Source: Candidatus Saccharimonadia bacterium
GTDB taxonomy: Bacteria; Patescibacteriota; Saccharimonadia; UBA4664
Length of the DNA stretch: 64,000 nt
Reading direction: 5' to 3'
Assembly (NCBI GenBank): GCA_035544015.1
Contig: DATKIP010000076.1
Location: 192,299 to 256,298 of the forward strand
Part shown: positions 8,021-19,295 of the stretch, in pieces
Layout of the letters: every line of letters begins with the position of its first letter
Position numbering within the stretch: position 1 is the stretch's first letter
Program-made: the position numbers and the translations under genes
Notes under the pieces: model-generated
What the model saw: the letters and a program-made list of their open reading frames with translations, nothing else
Database searches by the model: none
What the model was told of the DNA's origin: nothing

Positions 8021-9850
8021 ATGCCCAGATCCAAACTCAAAACCTACCATACCAAGCAGACCATTAGCCTGTTCTGGCGCCATGTTCGGCGTTACCCAGG
8101 CTATTTGTGGCCTCTCCTTGCGATCATCCCGTTCAACATTATGATCGCTGACTTTGCCATGCCCTACATCACCTCCGTCATCTTGGGCCGCCTCAGTACC
8201 GGGCATTACGACCCCGTCAATTTGTGGGGCAGCTTCGGCCCGCTGCTGCTGCTCTACGCCGCCGGTAGCCTCGCCACCGGGATCATTGGCTGGCGCGTGG
8301 CCATCTGGCTCATCTGGAATCTCGAGCTCAACGCCGCGCGCGACATCACCCAGCGCGTGTTCAACCACCTTATGAACCAAAGCGCCGGCTTCCACTCCAA
8401 CCGGTTCGGCGGCTCGCTCGTGTCGCAGGCCGGCAAGCTCACCGGTTCGTATGTGCGCGTCGCCGACGCCACCGCCTTTAGTCTCATTCCGCTGATCGTG
8501 AGCATCATTGCGACGGCCGTCATTTTGACGCCGCGCGCACCGATGTTTGTGGCCGTGCTGCTGCTGTTTTCGGCGCTCTACATCGGCGGCACCCTCATCT
8601 ATTCGCGGGCCGTGCGCGTCGCCAATGCCGAAGAATCCACGCTCCAAAGCACCCAAACCGGCTACCTAGCCGACAGCATCACCAACGTGTTCGCTGTCAA
8701 AACCTTTGCCCGCGCAACCCACGAACAGCGCCGCTACGCCGAAATCACCGAGCGCGTGCGCCAGGCCGGCCGCCGCTCGATGCGCGCCACGCTGCTGCGC
8801 GAAAATTACGCCGCCATCATCACCCAGACCATCAGTGTATTAGCCTTATTCGTGGCCGTCATTGGCGTGGGGGTGCTGCGCGCCGACGTCGCCACCATCT
8901 TCCTCATGGTCAGCTACACCACCTCGCTTAGTAGTCGTCTCTGGGAGTTCCAAAACGTGCTACGCCAATACAACCGTGCCCTCGGCGACGCCAGCGACAT
9001 GGTGGGCATTTTGCAAATCGAGCCGAGCATCAAAGACCCCGCCCGGCCCGAGCCCTCGCGCCTGCACGCCGGCGAAATCGTCTTCCGCAATATGACCTTC
9101 ACCCACGGCGAATCCGATGACCCCCTGTTTGAAAACCTCAACCTGCACATCGCGCCGGGTGAAAAAATCGGCCTCGTGGGTCGTTCCGGCTCGGGCAAAA
9201 CCACCCTCACCCGGCTGCTGCTGCGTTTCTCCGACCTCGACTCCGGCAGCATCATTATCGACGGCCAAAACATCACGGCCGTCACCCAAGACAACCTGCG
9301 CCGCGCCATTAGCTACGTGCCGCAGGAGCCGCTGCTGTTCCACCGCTCCCTGCGCGAAAACATCGCCTACGGCAAGCCATCAGCCACCAAAGCCGAAATC
9401 GAGCGCGCCTCCGACCGCGCTCACGCCGCCGAGTTCATCCACAAGCTCCCCCAAGGCTACGACACCATGGTGGGGGAGCGCGGCGTCAAGCTCAGTGGCG
9501 GCCAGCGCCAACGCGTGGCCATCGCCCGCGCCATGCTCAAGGATGCGCCGATCCTGGTGCTCGACGAAGCCACCTCCGCGCTCGACAGCGAGTCCGAAAA
9601 GCTCATCCAAGACGCCTTGTGGCGGCTCATGGAAGGCCGCACCGCCATCGTCATCGCTCACCGCCTCAGCACCATCCAGCGCATGGACCGCATTGTGGTG
9701 CTCGAAGCCGGCCGCATCATCGAGCAAGGCTCGCACGCCGAGCTCATTGCCGCCGGCGGCCAGTATGCCGCGCTCTGGAGCCACCAATCCGGCGGCTTTA
9801 TCGACGAAGAGACCGACGCCGATGCCGCCGCAGCGCCACCAGCCCACTAA
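8021..9850 (+). CDS. ABC transporter, fused permease/ATPase (type I exporter, MsbA/lipid-A-exporter-like)
   Basis: Six-TM N-terminal domain. Walker A GRSGSGKTT, signature LSGGQRQRVAIARA, Walker B ILVLDEATSALD, H-loop AHRLST. Confidence 0.9.
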   Translation: MPRSKLKTYHTKQTISLFWRHVRRYPGYLWPLLAIIPFNIMIADFAMPYITSVILGRLSTGHYDPVNLWGSFGPLLLLYAAGSLATGIIGWRVAIWLIWNLELNAARDITQRVFNHLMNQSAGFHSNRFGGSLVSQAGKLTGSYVRVADATAFSLIPLIVSIIATAVILTPRAPMFVAVLLLFSALYIGGTLIYSRAVRVANAEESTLQSTQTGYLADSITNVFAVKTFARATHEQRRYAEITERVRQAGRRSMRATLLRENYAAIITQTISVLALFVAVIGVGVLRADVATIFLMVSYTTSLSSRLWEFQNVLRQYNRALGDASDMVGILQIEPSIKDPARPEPSRLHAGEIVFRNMTFTHGESDDPLFENLNLHIAPGEKIGLVGRSGSGKTTLTRLLLRFSDLDSGSIIIDGQNITAVTQDNLRRAISYVPQEPLLFHRSLRENIAYGKPSATKAEIERASDRAHAAEFIHKLPQGYDTMVGERGVKLSGGQRQRVAIARAMLKDAPILVLDEATSALDSESEKLIQDALWRLMEGRTAIVIAHRLSTIQRMDRIVVLEAGRIIEQGSHAELIAAGGQYAALWSHQSGGFIDEETDADAAAAPPAH

Positions 9851-10271
9851 CGACCGCCGCCACCATCACCACCCCAAACGAATAAAACCACAGCACGCCC
9901 AGCACAAGCGGCAGGTACTCGGCGCCCGAACCACCCCGCGCCGCCACGCCGTACGCCGACCCCAGGAGGTACCCGCTAAACCCCGCCAGCGGCAAATAAT
10001 ACAGCCCCGGCCCCCAAATATCGTTCACGGGTAGGCGCCTGCGCCGCCGGCGAGCGGCCAGCGCCACTACCCCCTGCGCCAGCAGCAGCGGCACCACGCC
10101 GAGCAGCCCAAACAGCATCACCACATCAAACGTCCCCGGCAGCCATTGGGCCGGCCGGCCCGGCGCCGCCAGCACAAATCCCGCCAGCGCGCACAGAGGA
10201 GTACCGATCAAAACAATCTTACGCAGCATATCCCCCTGAGCATAAGCTTTATCCGGCCGGCCCGCAATCAC
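9798..10271 (-). CDS. Hypothetical integral membrane protein
   Basis: 157 aa with 4 hydrophobic helices. Overlaps the ABC-exporter stop by about 50 nt. Confidence 0.4.
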   Translation of the reverse strand: MIAGRPDKAYAQGDMLRKIVLIGTPLCALAGFVLAAPGRPAQWLPGTFDVVMLFGLLGVVPLLLAQGVVALAARRRRRRLPVNDIWGPGLYYLPLAGFSGYLLGSAYGVAARGGSGAEYLPLVLGVLWFYSFGVVMVAAVVSGLVALRRHRRRSLRR

Positions 10272-10328
10272 CCTCGTTCATTGACGCGGCGCTCCATACC
10301 AGGCACAATAAATCAGTCCAATTATCTC

Positions 10329-10405
10329 GGGGCTGTAGCTCAGTTGGCTAGAGCGCTGCATTCGCATTGCAGAGGTCAAGGGTTCGAATCCCTTCAGCTC
10401 CACCA
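10329..10405 (+). tRNA. tRNA-Ala (anticodon CGC), CCA encoded
   Basis: Cloverleaf: acceptor GGGGCTG/CAGCTCC with the G3:U70 Ala identity pair, D-loop AGTTGGCTA, anticodon loop TTCGCAT, T-loop GGTTCGAATCC. Confidence 0.9.
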
Positions 10406-10426
10406 GGAATTATCTATTCGAACAAG

Positions 10427-10446
10427 AGAGCCGCAAGGCTCTTTTT
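10427..10446 (+). terminator. Rho-independent terminator after tRNA-Ala
   Basis: AGAGCC-GCAA-GGCTCT followed by TTTTTGG. Confidence 0.55.
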
Positions 10447-10469
10447 GGTTGCTATGCTAAAATAGACTC

Positions 10470-10694
10470 ATGGAAACCCAAGTTTACACCGTCATCTATG
10501 AAGCCGATCCTGAGGGCGGGTTTGTGGCGTCCGTACCCGCTTTGCCCGGATGCTACAGCCAGGGTGACACGCTCGAAGAGGCCGAAACCAACATCACCGA
10601 AGCGATTGTGCTATATTTGGAGTCGCTGAAAGAAGAGCACAAGGAATTGCCCCAAGACCATATCTGGCAAGGCCGGGTTCAGGTCGCAGTCTAA
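10470..10694 (+). CDS. hicB: HicB-family antitoxin (UPF0150)
   Basis: YTVIYEADPEGGFVASVPALPGCYSQGDTLEEA, the characteristic HicB N-domain. In a low-GC patch. TGcTAAAAT extended -10 ends 8 nt before the ATG (possibly leaderless). Confidence 0.8.
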   Translation: METQVYTVIYEADPEGGFVASVPALPGCYSQGDTLEEAETNITEAIVLYLESLKEEHKELPQDHIWQGRVQVAV

Positions 10695-10930
10695 TGCCCG
10701 ATAGCTCGGTGCCCAGCCTCACGTCGGAAAAGGTCGTTAAGGCCCTCAAGAAATGCGGATTTGTAGAGCTCAGGCAAAAGGGCAGCCACTTGGTATTATT
10801 CAACGAAGTGACCAATAAACGCGTAGTCGTACCGATACACAAGGGCAAGGACATCAAGAAGGGGCTGCTTCGCAAGATCATTGAGCTAGAAGCACAGCTC
10901 ACTATAAATGAGTTTTTAAAGCTCTTGTAG
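10694..10930 (+). CDS. hicA: HicA-family mRNA interferase toxin
   Basis: KVVKALKKCGFVELRQKGSHLVLFNE... (YcfA/HicA dsRBD-like fold with a conserved His). Start overlaps the hicB stop (TAATG). Confidence 0.8.
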   Translation: MPDSSVPSLTSEKVVKALKKCGFVELRQKGSHLVLFNEVTNKRVVVPIHKGKDIKKGLLRKIIELEAQLTINEFLKLL

Positions 10931-11111
10931 TTATTAATCCCCGCTATCCCTAATTTGAGCCTCCGGGTGGTTCGTTCGTCCCCGCCTTCCCATTTTGACT
11001 AAACTAAGATATACAAATACTGAGCGCAGCCTCCGAAAGGAGCTTCAGCCGCATCCGTGGCCGCTCGCTCTTTCGTATCTGGGGCGCTCTCGTAGCCTGA
11101 AAGGGGCACAC

Positions 11112-13043
<1,932 letters not shown>

Positions 13044-13060
13044 CTGGCGTCAAGCGAGCC

Positions 13061-13091
13061 GGGCCGGGGAGCGTACCTTGCTCCCCGGCCC
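13061..13091 (+). terminator. 12-bp GC hairpin after the FG-GAP gene (putative terminator)
   Basis: GGGCCGGGGAGC-GTACCTT-GCTCCCCGGCCC. Confidence 0.45.
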
Positions 13092-13119
13092 CTCCCAACA
13101 AATAAGGTATTATCAAAGC

Positions 13120-13986
13120 ATGAAAGCCGCCGCCATCCTCGTCAAATCCTTCACCCAGGACCAGGCCGCCGGCAACCCGGCCGGGATTGTGCTCGACGCA
13201 GACAAGCTGACCGACCAACAAATGCAGCATATCGCCACAGAGCTTGGCTTTGCCGAAACCATGTTTGTGCTGCCCTCGAGCAAAGCCGATTTCCGTCTGC
13301 GCTTCTTTGCTCCCAATCATGAAGTCGACCTCTGCGGCCACGGCACAATCGCCAGCTTTCATGTGCTGCTCGAACAAGGCCGTCTAGACCTGGACGGCCA
13401 TGAAGCCAAGGACTTCACCCAAGAAACCCGCGCCGGCCTCCTAGGCGTCACGGTCCACGGGGATGGTCGGGTGGTCATGACTCAAAATAACCCCACCTTC
13501 ACCGAAATCGAAGAAGATAAAGCAAATATAGCCAGGCTCCTCGGCATTGCCCAAAACGATATATCGTCCGAATCGCCAATCCAGATCGTCTCCACCGGCA
13601 CACCCAAGCTCCTCATCCCACTCCGCACACTCCCGTCCCTCCGCTCGGTCAAGCCCGAACTGAAAGGCATAAAGGATTACTGTCGTACCACCCCCGCGCG
13701 CGGTTTCTATCCCTTCACTACCGAATCGCCCATAGCCGGCACCGACTTCTTCGCCCGCCAGTTCAACCCCCTAGCCGACGAAAACGAAGATCCCGTTACC
13801 GGCGTAGCGGCCGGCGCACTGGGTTGCTACGCCAAAAAATACCATGTCTATGACAAGCCAACCTTCGTCGTGGCTCAAGGTTACGATCTAGGTATGGGCG
13901 GCAATATGTTCGTTGACGTGAGCGACGGCGTAAAGGTTGGCGGGTATGCGATGACCTACGGGCGGAAAGAATTGGAGGTTGTATGA
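13120..13986 (+). CDS. PhzF-family phenazine-biosynthesis-like isomerase
   Basis: MKAAAILVKSF...AGNPAGIVLD...FAETMFVL...EVDLCGHGTIA, the PhzF/YddE family signature. ATG at 13120 with an AAGG RBS. Confidence 0.85.
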   Translation: MKAAAILVKSFTQDQAAGNPAGIVLDADKLTDQQMQHIATELGFAETMFVLPSSKADFRLRFFAPNHEVDLCGHGTIASFHVLLEQGRLDLDGHEAKDFTQETRAGLLGVTVHGDGRVVMTQNNPTFTEIEEDKANIARLLGIAQNDISSESPIQIVSTGTPKLLIPLRTLPSLRSVKPELKGIKDYCRTTPARGFYPFTTESPIAGTDFFARQFNPLADENEDPVTGVAAGALGCYAKKYHVYDKPTFVVAQGYDLGMGGNMFVDVSDGVKVGGYAMTYGRKELEVV

Positions 13987-14075
13987 AATTCCCTATACAA
14001 CAGTTTGAGCCCTCAGTAAGGGTGAGGACCCAAACTGAAGGCTCATACGAGACTTCCCATTAAGCACTAGACCTT

Positions 14076-15206
14076 TTACGGCCGCGGCCCCCATTGGAAG
14101 CTATCGTGGGCTAGTTCTGCCAGCTTTAGTACCTCCACATCGGCGGTCGCTTGAGCGAGGTGCATGACGTCGTCCCTCTGCCCTTCGAGATTTGGAGTGA
14201 GCGGCCGGGCCAGGACATTGAGAATCTTGGTCGACCCGTCCGGTCCGATGATGTAGTCGATCGCCGGATAGCCCAGCGCTCCGTACCGCGACGCGAGAAT
14301 CGCATGGAGGTCTCCATGCAGCTTGCGCAGCGAGGGGAACGAATCGAACACCTGCTCCGGCTCGAGCAGATGCAGCTCGGTTGCAAACCGTTCTCCTACA
14401 TCTTCCGGGTTACTCAGCCGTAGTTCGGCCGCCGGTGCTTGATCGGACGGCAGCCACAGCGGCTGATAGATCCGCAGCGCATGCAGGCAACCGGCTCCGA
14501 GCCGGTCGCTCGGCGCCAGACCGAGAGCACCCAGCAAGTCCTGGTCGCCCATTCCTGGCTCCACCGCCTGCAGGACCGGAGCATCGCCAAACCGAGCCAC
14601 GAAGGCCGGCGTGAGCTCGTCTCGCCGCACCAGCTGAGCGCGGCTTGATGGGTCGGCACCCACATCCATCACGACGTTTGGCTTGAGGAAGAAATGTGTT
14701 TCTTCCGGCCACCGGCCCGGCTTCCGGCCGTCAAAAGCTACGCTTTCAACGCTCTGGCCGCTAAACCCCAGCTCGTCCAGCACTCGCCCGAGGCCGAGCC
14801 GCGTCTTTAGGTCTTGCCGCAGACGGGCAAAGTTGTAACCCCGCCCAGGCAGGAACGCCAGCTTGTTTCCTCCCTCCCGCCAGATAACATCACGCAGGCG
14901 CCACGCCGGCGCGTAAATACCCTCTTCTAGTGTCCACGGCCCTCCCCCATACACCGTAAACGTACGAATAAGCCCGTCCTCGTCGTAGGTTGTGGGGTCT
15001 TGTGCTTGGATGAGGAGCACCTGTACGCCATATTTACGTCCGAGAGCATTCGATAGGTATTCCTGGCGGGGAAAACGTTGGTTGTGTAAAGGAGCGCGGC
15101 CCTCAATGACCGCCACCGGTTCCCCTGGGTTAAAGCCGAAGACACCCATGTTTTGTGGCATAAAAATAAGTATACTAGCTAGCGCCGTATAGCCGTTTAA
15201 GAACAT
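14076..15206 (-). CDS. Hypothetical protein, 376 aa, no confident family assignment
   Basis: Long ORF with coding-like composition. Divergent from a putative 2H-phosphoesterase-like gene. Confidence 0.4.
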   Translation of the reverse strand: MFLNGYTALASILIFMPQNMGVFGFNPGEPVAVIEGRAPLHNQRFPRQEYLSNALGRKYGVQVLLIQAQDPTTYDEDGLIRTFTVYGGGPWTLEEGIYAPAWRLRDVIWREGGNKLAFLPGRGYNFARLRQDLKTRLGLGRVLDELGFSGQSVESVAFDGRKPGRWPEETHFFLKPNVVMDVGADPSSRAQLVRRDELTPAFVARFGDAPVLQAVEPGMGDQDLLGALGLAPSDRLGAGCLHALRIYQPLWLPSDQAPAAELRLSNPEDVGERFATELHLLEPEQVFDSFPSLRKLHGDLHAILASRYGALGYPAIDYIIGPDGSTKILNVLARPLTPNLEGQRDDVMHLAQATADVEVLKLAELAHDSFQWGPRP

Positions 15207-15208
15207 CT

Positions 15209-15652
15209 ATGGGGGAACATATGTCGGAATCGGAAAAAGTAGTATATACAGGGCATTTTCTTCTCGATCCTCAGGAGTTGCTGTCGCAGCTGCCCCCTCA
15301 GATCAGCGGGGAGGGGACGACAACCTATGCCCATCATGTGACAAAAGAATTTGAACCAGCAGACGGGAAAGAAGGCGTAACCCCCGGTCGTGAACGCACA
15401 CTTCACGTTACCGGCCACGTTGTAGCCGATGGAGTGCACGCCGCGATAGTTGAGTCACCGGATGGAGACGCAATATCGACGAAAAAGCACCCGCATATCA
15501 CCATCGCTACAATTCAAGGTATCCCACCCGTTAGGAGTAACGACGTCATTGCTCGAGCCAGCGAGACGGGAACCATCATGCCCGTTGAGCCCCCGATCGA
15601 AATCAAAACAGTCGAAGGCTATTTTGATGGCGAGACCGTGCATACGAGCTAA
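15209..15652 (+). CDS. Hypothetical protein, possibly 2H-phosphoesterase-like (two H-x-T-x motifs)
   Basis: HHVTK and HPHITIAT motifs about 55 aa apart. Weak. A hairpin terminator (AGAGCC-TCGC-GGCTCT-GTTT) follows. Confidence 0.3.
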   Translation: MGEHMSESEKVVYTGHFLLDPQELLSQLPPQISGEGTTTYAHHVTKEFEPADGKEGVTPGRERTLHVTGHVVADGVHAAIVESPDGDAISTKKHPHITIATIQGIPPVRSNDVIARASETGTIMPVEPPIEIKTVEGYFDGETVHTS

Positions 15653-15704
15653 TAAAGCACGACATTCTCCAGAGCCTCGCGGCTCTGTTTGGTATAGTAA
15701 AACC

Positions 15705-16283
15705 ATGTCGAAAACCGCTCCCAAAATTCTCGCCTGGATCAATTGCTACGGGGGCTGGACGCCCGAGCTGCGCCACCCGGTTGAAACTATCGGCTACGAT
15801 CAATATCTCGAAAGCATAGCCAATGCCCTCGCCGCCCTCGAAGGCCGAATCGAGGCCGTGTATGTTTCGGGCGGCATGCGCGACCCGGCCGGCCGCACCG
15901 AGTGTGAGACCACAATCCCCGAGATTTCCCGCCGGCTTCAGCGCCGGGGCGTTTCCGGCTTGAGCATGAATGCCGACGAGCAGAGCCTCACGAGCATTAC
16001 GATAGCCAGGAAATTTTTGGAACTCTGGCAAGCCAAATACGCCGGCTGCATCCCGCTCCTGTTTTGCGATCAAGCTCGGTACGAAACCAACGCCTACGTC
16101 CTGAAGCAGTTTGCCGAAACATCCAGGCGCGATCTACCACCCATCCATGAAGTATTAATCCCCATACCCAGGCTCGACAACCACCCCAACAGCACGCCCG
16201 AAAAGCAGGCCGAAAAATTACGGCACCTGAAAGAAAAGGGGATCGAGGCGGTGGAAAAACTTGAGATTGAGGCGCGCCGGTAG
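15705..16283 (+). CDS. Hypothetical protein (possible DUF218/YdcF-like fold)
   Basis: Internal ATG at 15705 chosen because the upstream part of the ORF overlaps the preceding gene. Contains CYGGW...YVSGG. Confidence 0.4.
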   Translation: MSKTAPKILAWINCYGGWTPELRHPVETIGYDQYLESIANALAALEGRIEAVYVSGGMRDPAGRTECETTIPEISRRLQRRGVSGLSMNADEQSLTSITIARKFLELWQAKYAGCIPLLFCDQARYETNAYVLKQFAETSRRDLPPIHEVLIPIPRLDNHPNSTPEKQAEKLRHLKEKGIEAVEKLEIEARR

Positions 16284-16288
16284 CTGCT

Positions 16289-16915
16289 ATGATCAAAGCC
16301 ATCATCTTCGACATCGACGGCGTATTGGTAGACTCTAAAAACGCCAATGTGGCCTTGTTTCAGACCATCTTGAGCAAGGCCGGCTATCCCACGCCCAGCC
16401 GTTCCGCGGTACTCAGGCATTTTCATCAGCCCCTGTGGCAGGCGCTCGAAAAACTCACGGGTTCCACCGATCAAGACGAAATACGGCGTATCTGGGAGCT
16501 AGCCAAGGACCCCGCCATGCGAAATCCGGACCTGTTTGAGTTTCCCGATAGACTCGAAGACACACTCGAACAGATTCATAAACGCTATAAGCTGGCAATC
16601 GTCACCAGCCGCATCCAAGCCGGAGTCGACGAAATTTTCAACGCGCGCCAAATCAAACATCTCTTTGACGTAGTCGTAACATTCGAAGATTATGAGAACC
16701 CCAAGCCTCATCCAGAGCCGCTTTTGGTCGCACTAAAGCGATTAAATATCCAGACGGAAGAAGCCATATATGTGGGCGACAGCCATTCAGATATTGATGC
16801 CGCTACGGCCGCCGGTATGAAAAGCATTCATCTCGCAATCGAAAAGCACGATGACGCCTCCGCCGGCATCGCTCATTTCGATGAAATAGTCGGGGCCATC
16901 GAGCAGATTGCGTAA
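16289..16915 (+). CDS. HAD-superfamily hydrolase (beta-phosphoglucomutase/phosphatase-like, subfamily IA)
   Basis: Motif I IIFDIDGVLVDS, motif II VTS, motif IV GDSHSDIDAA. Confidence 0.8.
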   Translation: MIKAIIFDIDGVLVDSKNANVALFQTILSKAGYPTPSRSAVLRHFHQPLWQALEKLTGSTDQDEIRRIWELAKDPAMRNPDLFEFPDRLEDTLEQIHKRYKLAIVTSRIQAGVDEIFNARQIKHLFDVVVTFEDYENPKPHPEPLLVALKRLNIQTEEAIYVGDSHSDIDAATAAGMKSIHLAIEKHDDASAGIAHFDEIVGAIEQIA

Positions 16916-16927
16916 AGCCATGATCTC

Positions 16928-17722
16928 ATGACCCCCGCCGAAGCCATCGTCCAAACCCTGCTGGCCGAAATCACCAACGTGCTGGGCGACCGGCTGGTCG
17001 GCCTGTACATCTACGGCTCGCTCGCCCAGGGCGACTTCGACCCCCAAGCCAGCGACATCGATCTGGTGGCCGTCACTACCACGCCGCTCTCGTGGCTGTA
17101 CCTGCGCCGGCTCCAAACGATGCATGCGGCTCTCGACGCCGTCCACCCGGAGTGGCCGGAGCTCATCGACATCCAGTACCTACCGCTCGAGGCCTTGCAG
17201 CAGCCCACCCGACCCACCGGCCTCATAGCCATGCAGCGTCCCGGCACCAATTTCCACTCCGCCACCCGGGTCGACCGGCTGCTCGTGGCGTACCATGTGC
17301 GCGACGCCGGCCGCGCCGTCACCGGCCCCGCCCCGACCACCATTGTCGCGCCCATCACGCCCGCGCAGGTGCAATTTCACAGCGGGGCCGAGCTTGTCAC
17401 CTGGCCGGAATACATGCAGACCACCCACGATCTCGCGTTTCAGACCTTCCTCATTCTCACAATCTGTCATAAGCTCTATACCGCCCACCATGGCCGGCTC
17501 ACGAGCAAGCCCCAGGCCGCCGTCTGGGCCGCCGACTTGTATCCCCGTAAGGCACCGATCATCCACGCGGCGCTCGAGTGGCGGCAGGGCCACACCGAGG
17601 GCGTTGATCCCGAATCCACCTACCCCGGCACCGTTGCGTTCATTAATTTTATGATCGACGAAATTAGGGCCGTGCCGACATTGCCAACCTCACCCCAAAA
17701 GAGGTATAACCAGCAGGTATGA
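16928..17722 (+). CDS. Nucleotidyltransferase-domain protein, aminoglycoside adenylyltransferase (ANT/AadA)-like architecture
   Basis: NTase motif GLYIYGSLAQGDFDPQASDIDLVAV followed by a DUF4111-like C-terminal domain. Confidence 0.6.
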   Translation: MTPAEAIVQTLLAEITNVLGDRLVGLYIYGSLAQGDFDPQASDIDLVAVTTTPLSWLYLRRLQTMHAALDAVHPEWPELIDIQYLPLEALQQPTRPTGLIAMQRPGTNFHSATRVDRLLVAYHVRDAGRAVTGPAPTTIVAPITPAQVQFHSGAELVTWPEYMQTTHDLAFQTFLILTICHKLYTAHHGRLTSKPQAAVWAADLYPRKAPIIHAALEWRQGHTEGVDPESTYPGTVAFINFMIDEIRAVPTLPTSPQKRYNQQV

Positions 17723-18918
17723 AAACCGTAAAAGCTCTCACCTTCGACACCGCCCAAGACTCCTGGGAAGGCTCCACGGGCTTCGTGCTGCGCGACATCC
17801 CCATGCCCACCCTGGATGAAGCCGCCGATCCCGCCGACGCCACCTCGGTGATCCTCAAAATCCGCTACGCCGGCTTCTGCGGCACCGACCGCGGCATCTG
17901 GTACCGCAACGTCTTTCACGACCTCATCCATGATAGCCTCAAAGCCCAGGGCCAGACCCAGCGCGTGCTCGGTCACGAATTCGTCGGCGAGATCATCGAG
18001 GCCGGCTCCATGGTGCACACGCTCTACTACGACCCCGACCCCGCCAACCCGGTCAAAATTGAGGTCGGCAGCCTCGTCTCCGGCGACTCGCATGTCACCT
18101 GCGGCAAGTGCTACCAGTGCCGCATCGGCGAGGCCAACGTCTGCATGAACGAATCAATTCTCGGCATCTCCATCAACGGCATTTTCGCCGAATACGTGAA
18201 AGTACCGGCCAAAAACCTCTGGGCCATCGACGAGTCGCGTATCCGGCCCGAAATCGCCGCCGTCATGGACCCTTTTGGCAACGCAGTGCACGCCGTCACC
18301 AAGGTCGACGTGCGCGGCCAGCGCGTGGCCGTGATGGGCTGCGGCCCCATCGGCCTGTTCGCCATCTTGCTGCTCAAAAACTTCGGCGCGGCCAAAATCA
18401 TCGCGGTCGACATCAATCCCGACAACCTCGCTATGGCCAAAGAGCTCGGCGCACACGAGACCATCCAAATCGAGAAGAAGTCCAAAGAACACGATTACGA
18501 CCACGATCCCGAAGTCATCGACCGCATCCATGAGCTCACCTACGGCAAAGGCGTCGACGTCGCCATGGAAATGGCCGGCCCGCCGTCGAGCCTCAACAAT
18601 GCGCTCGAAGCCACCCGCCGCGGCGGCCAGGTAGTGCTTTTTGGCCTTAAGGACGGTGATTTCACTATCCCCAAATTCTCGCGCTTCATCGTGAAAGGCC
18701 TCACCGTGCACGGCATCATCGGCCGCCGCATCTTCGAAACCTGGCAAATCTCGCAGCGCATCCTCTCGGACCGGTCAAACGGCATCCAAGACAAAATGTG
18801 GGATGTCATCCTCAAAGGCGGGCAGGGGACCATCGTCCCACTCGCCCAATACAACCCCAAAGACTTCGAACAATCGCTCAATGCCCACCCCAAAATTGTC
18901 ATCAAAATCGGCGGCTAA
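17719..18918 (+). CDS. tdh: Zn-dependent medium-chain dehydrogenase, L-threonine 3-dehydrogenase-like
   Basis: GHEFVGEIIEAGS Zn site, structural-Zn Cys cluster CGKCYQC, Rossmann GCGPIGL. Adjacent to kbl. Confidence 0.7.
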   Translation: MKTVKALTFDTAQDSWEGSTGFVLRDIPMPTLDEAADPADATSVILKIRYAGFCGTDRGIWYRNVFHDLIHDSLKAQGQTQRVLGHEFVGEIIEAGSMVHTLYYDPDPANPVKIEVGSLVSGDSHVTCGKCYQCRIGEANVCMNESILGISINGIFAEYVKVPAKNLWAIDESRIRPEIAAVMDPFGNAVHAVTKVDVRGQRVAVMGCGPIGLFAILLLKNFGAAKIIAVDINPDNLAMAKELGAHETIQIEKKSKEHDYDHDPEVIDRIHELTYGKGVDVAMEMAGPPSSLNNALEATRRGGQVVLFGLKDGDFTIPKFSRFIVKGLTVHGIIGRRIFETWQISQRILSDRSNGIQDKMWDVILKGGQGTIVPLAQYNPKDFEQSLNAHPKIVIKIGG

Positions 18919-19289
18919 CCAACCGGAAACTTGTCGCCGGGTAAACTAGGGGCCTTTATGCAGATTAATTCCGCATCTTCACTAGTCGAGATGTCGGCAA
19001 CCACAGACCCTGGCCAAATGATATAGAAGTCCCCCCTGTGCAGTTCGTGCCCCTGGCCGTCGATAGTCAGCTTGATCCAGCCCTGGATAACGATGTTGAT
19101 TTCTATCGCGACCTTATGCATATGCGCCTGCTCGGGCGAAGGCGACTGGCTCGGAAGTTTGTTCCAGGCCACTTCTACATCATCCGAACGCAGCAGAGGC
19201 TCGGGCATAAAAGCCCCAAAGAACCACCCCTTGCCTTGAATATGGTCGTCGACGCGCCCGACAAACGACTTCCCGAAGTTCTGCGCCAT
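18915..19289 (-). CDS. Cupin-domain protein
   Basis: Small beta-barrel cupin-like sequence (HMHKVAIEINIVIQG...GDFYIIWPG). Co-oriented downstream of kbl. Confidence 0.55.
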   Translation of the reverse strand: MAQNFGKSFVGRVDDHIQGKGWFFGAFMPEPLLRSDDVEVAWNKLPSQSPSPEQAHMHKVAIEINIVIQGWIKLTIDGQGHELHRGDFYIIWPGSVVADISTSEDAELICIKAPSLPGDKFPVG

Positions 19290-19295
19290 GATTAT

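Noticed and set aside
9117-10034. 305-aa Pro/Ser/Thr/Ala-rich ORF
   Set aside because: Alternative frame of the ABC-exporter ATPase domain. Low complexity, no start context.
10995-11111. TTG start at 10995 for the FG-GAP protein gene
   Set aside because: The TTG lies inside a TTGACT -35-like hexamer. A GTG at 11112 with a GGGG RBS directly precedes a canonical signal peptide, so the shorter start is preferred.
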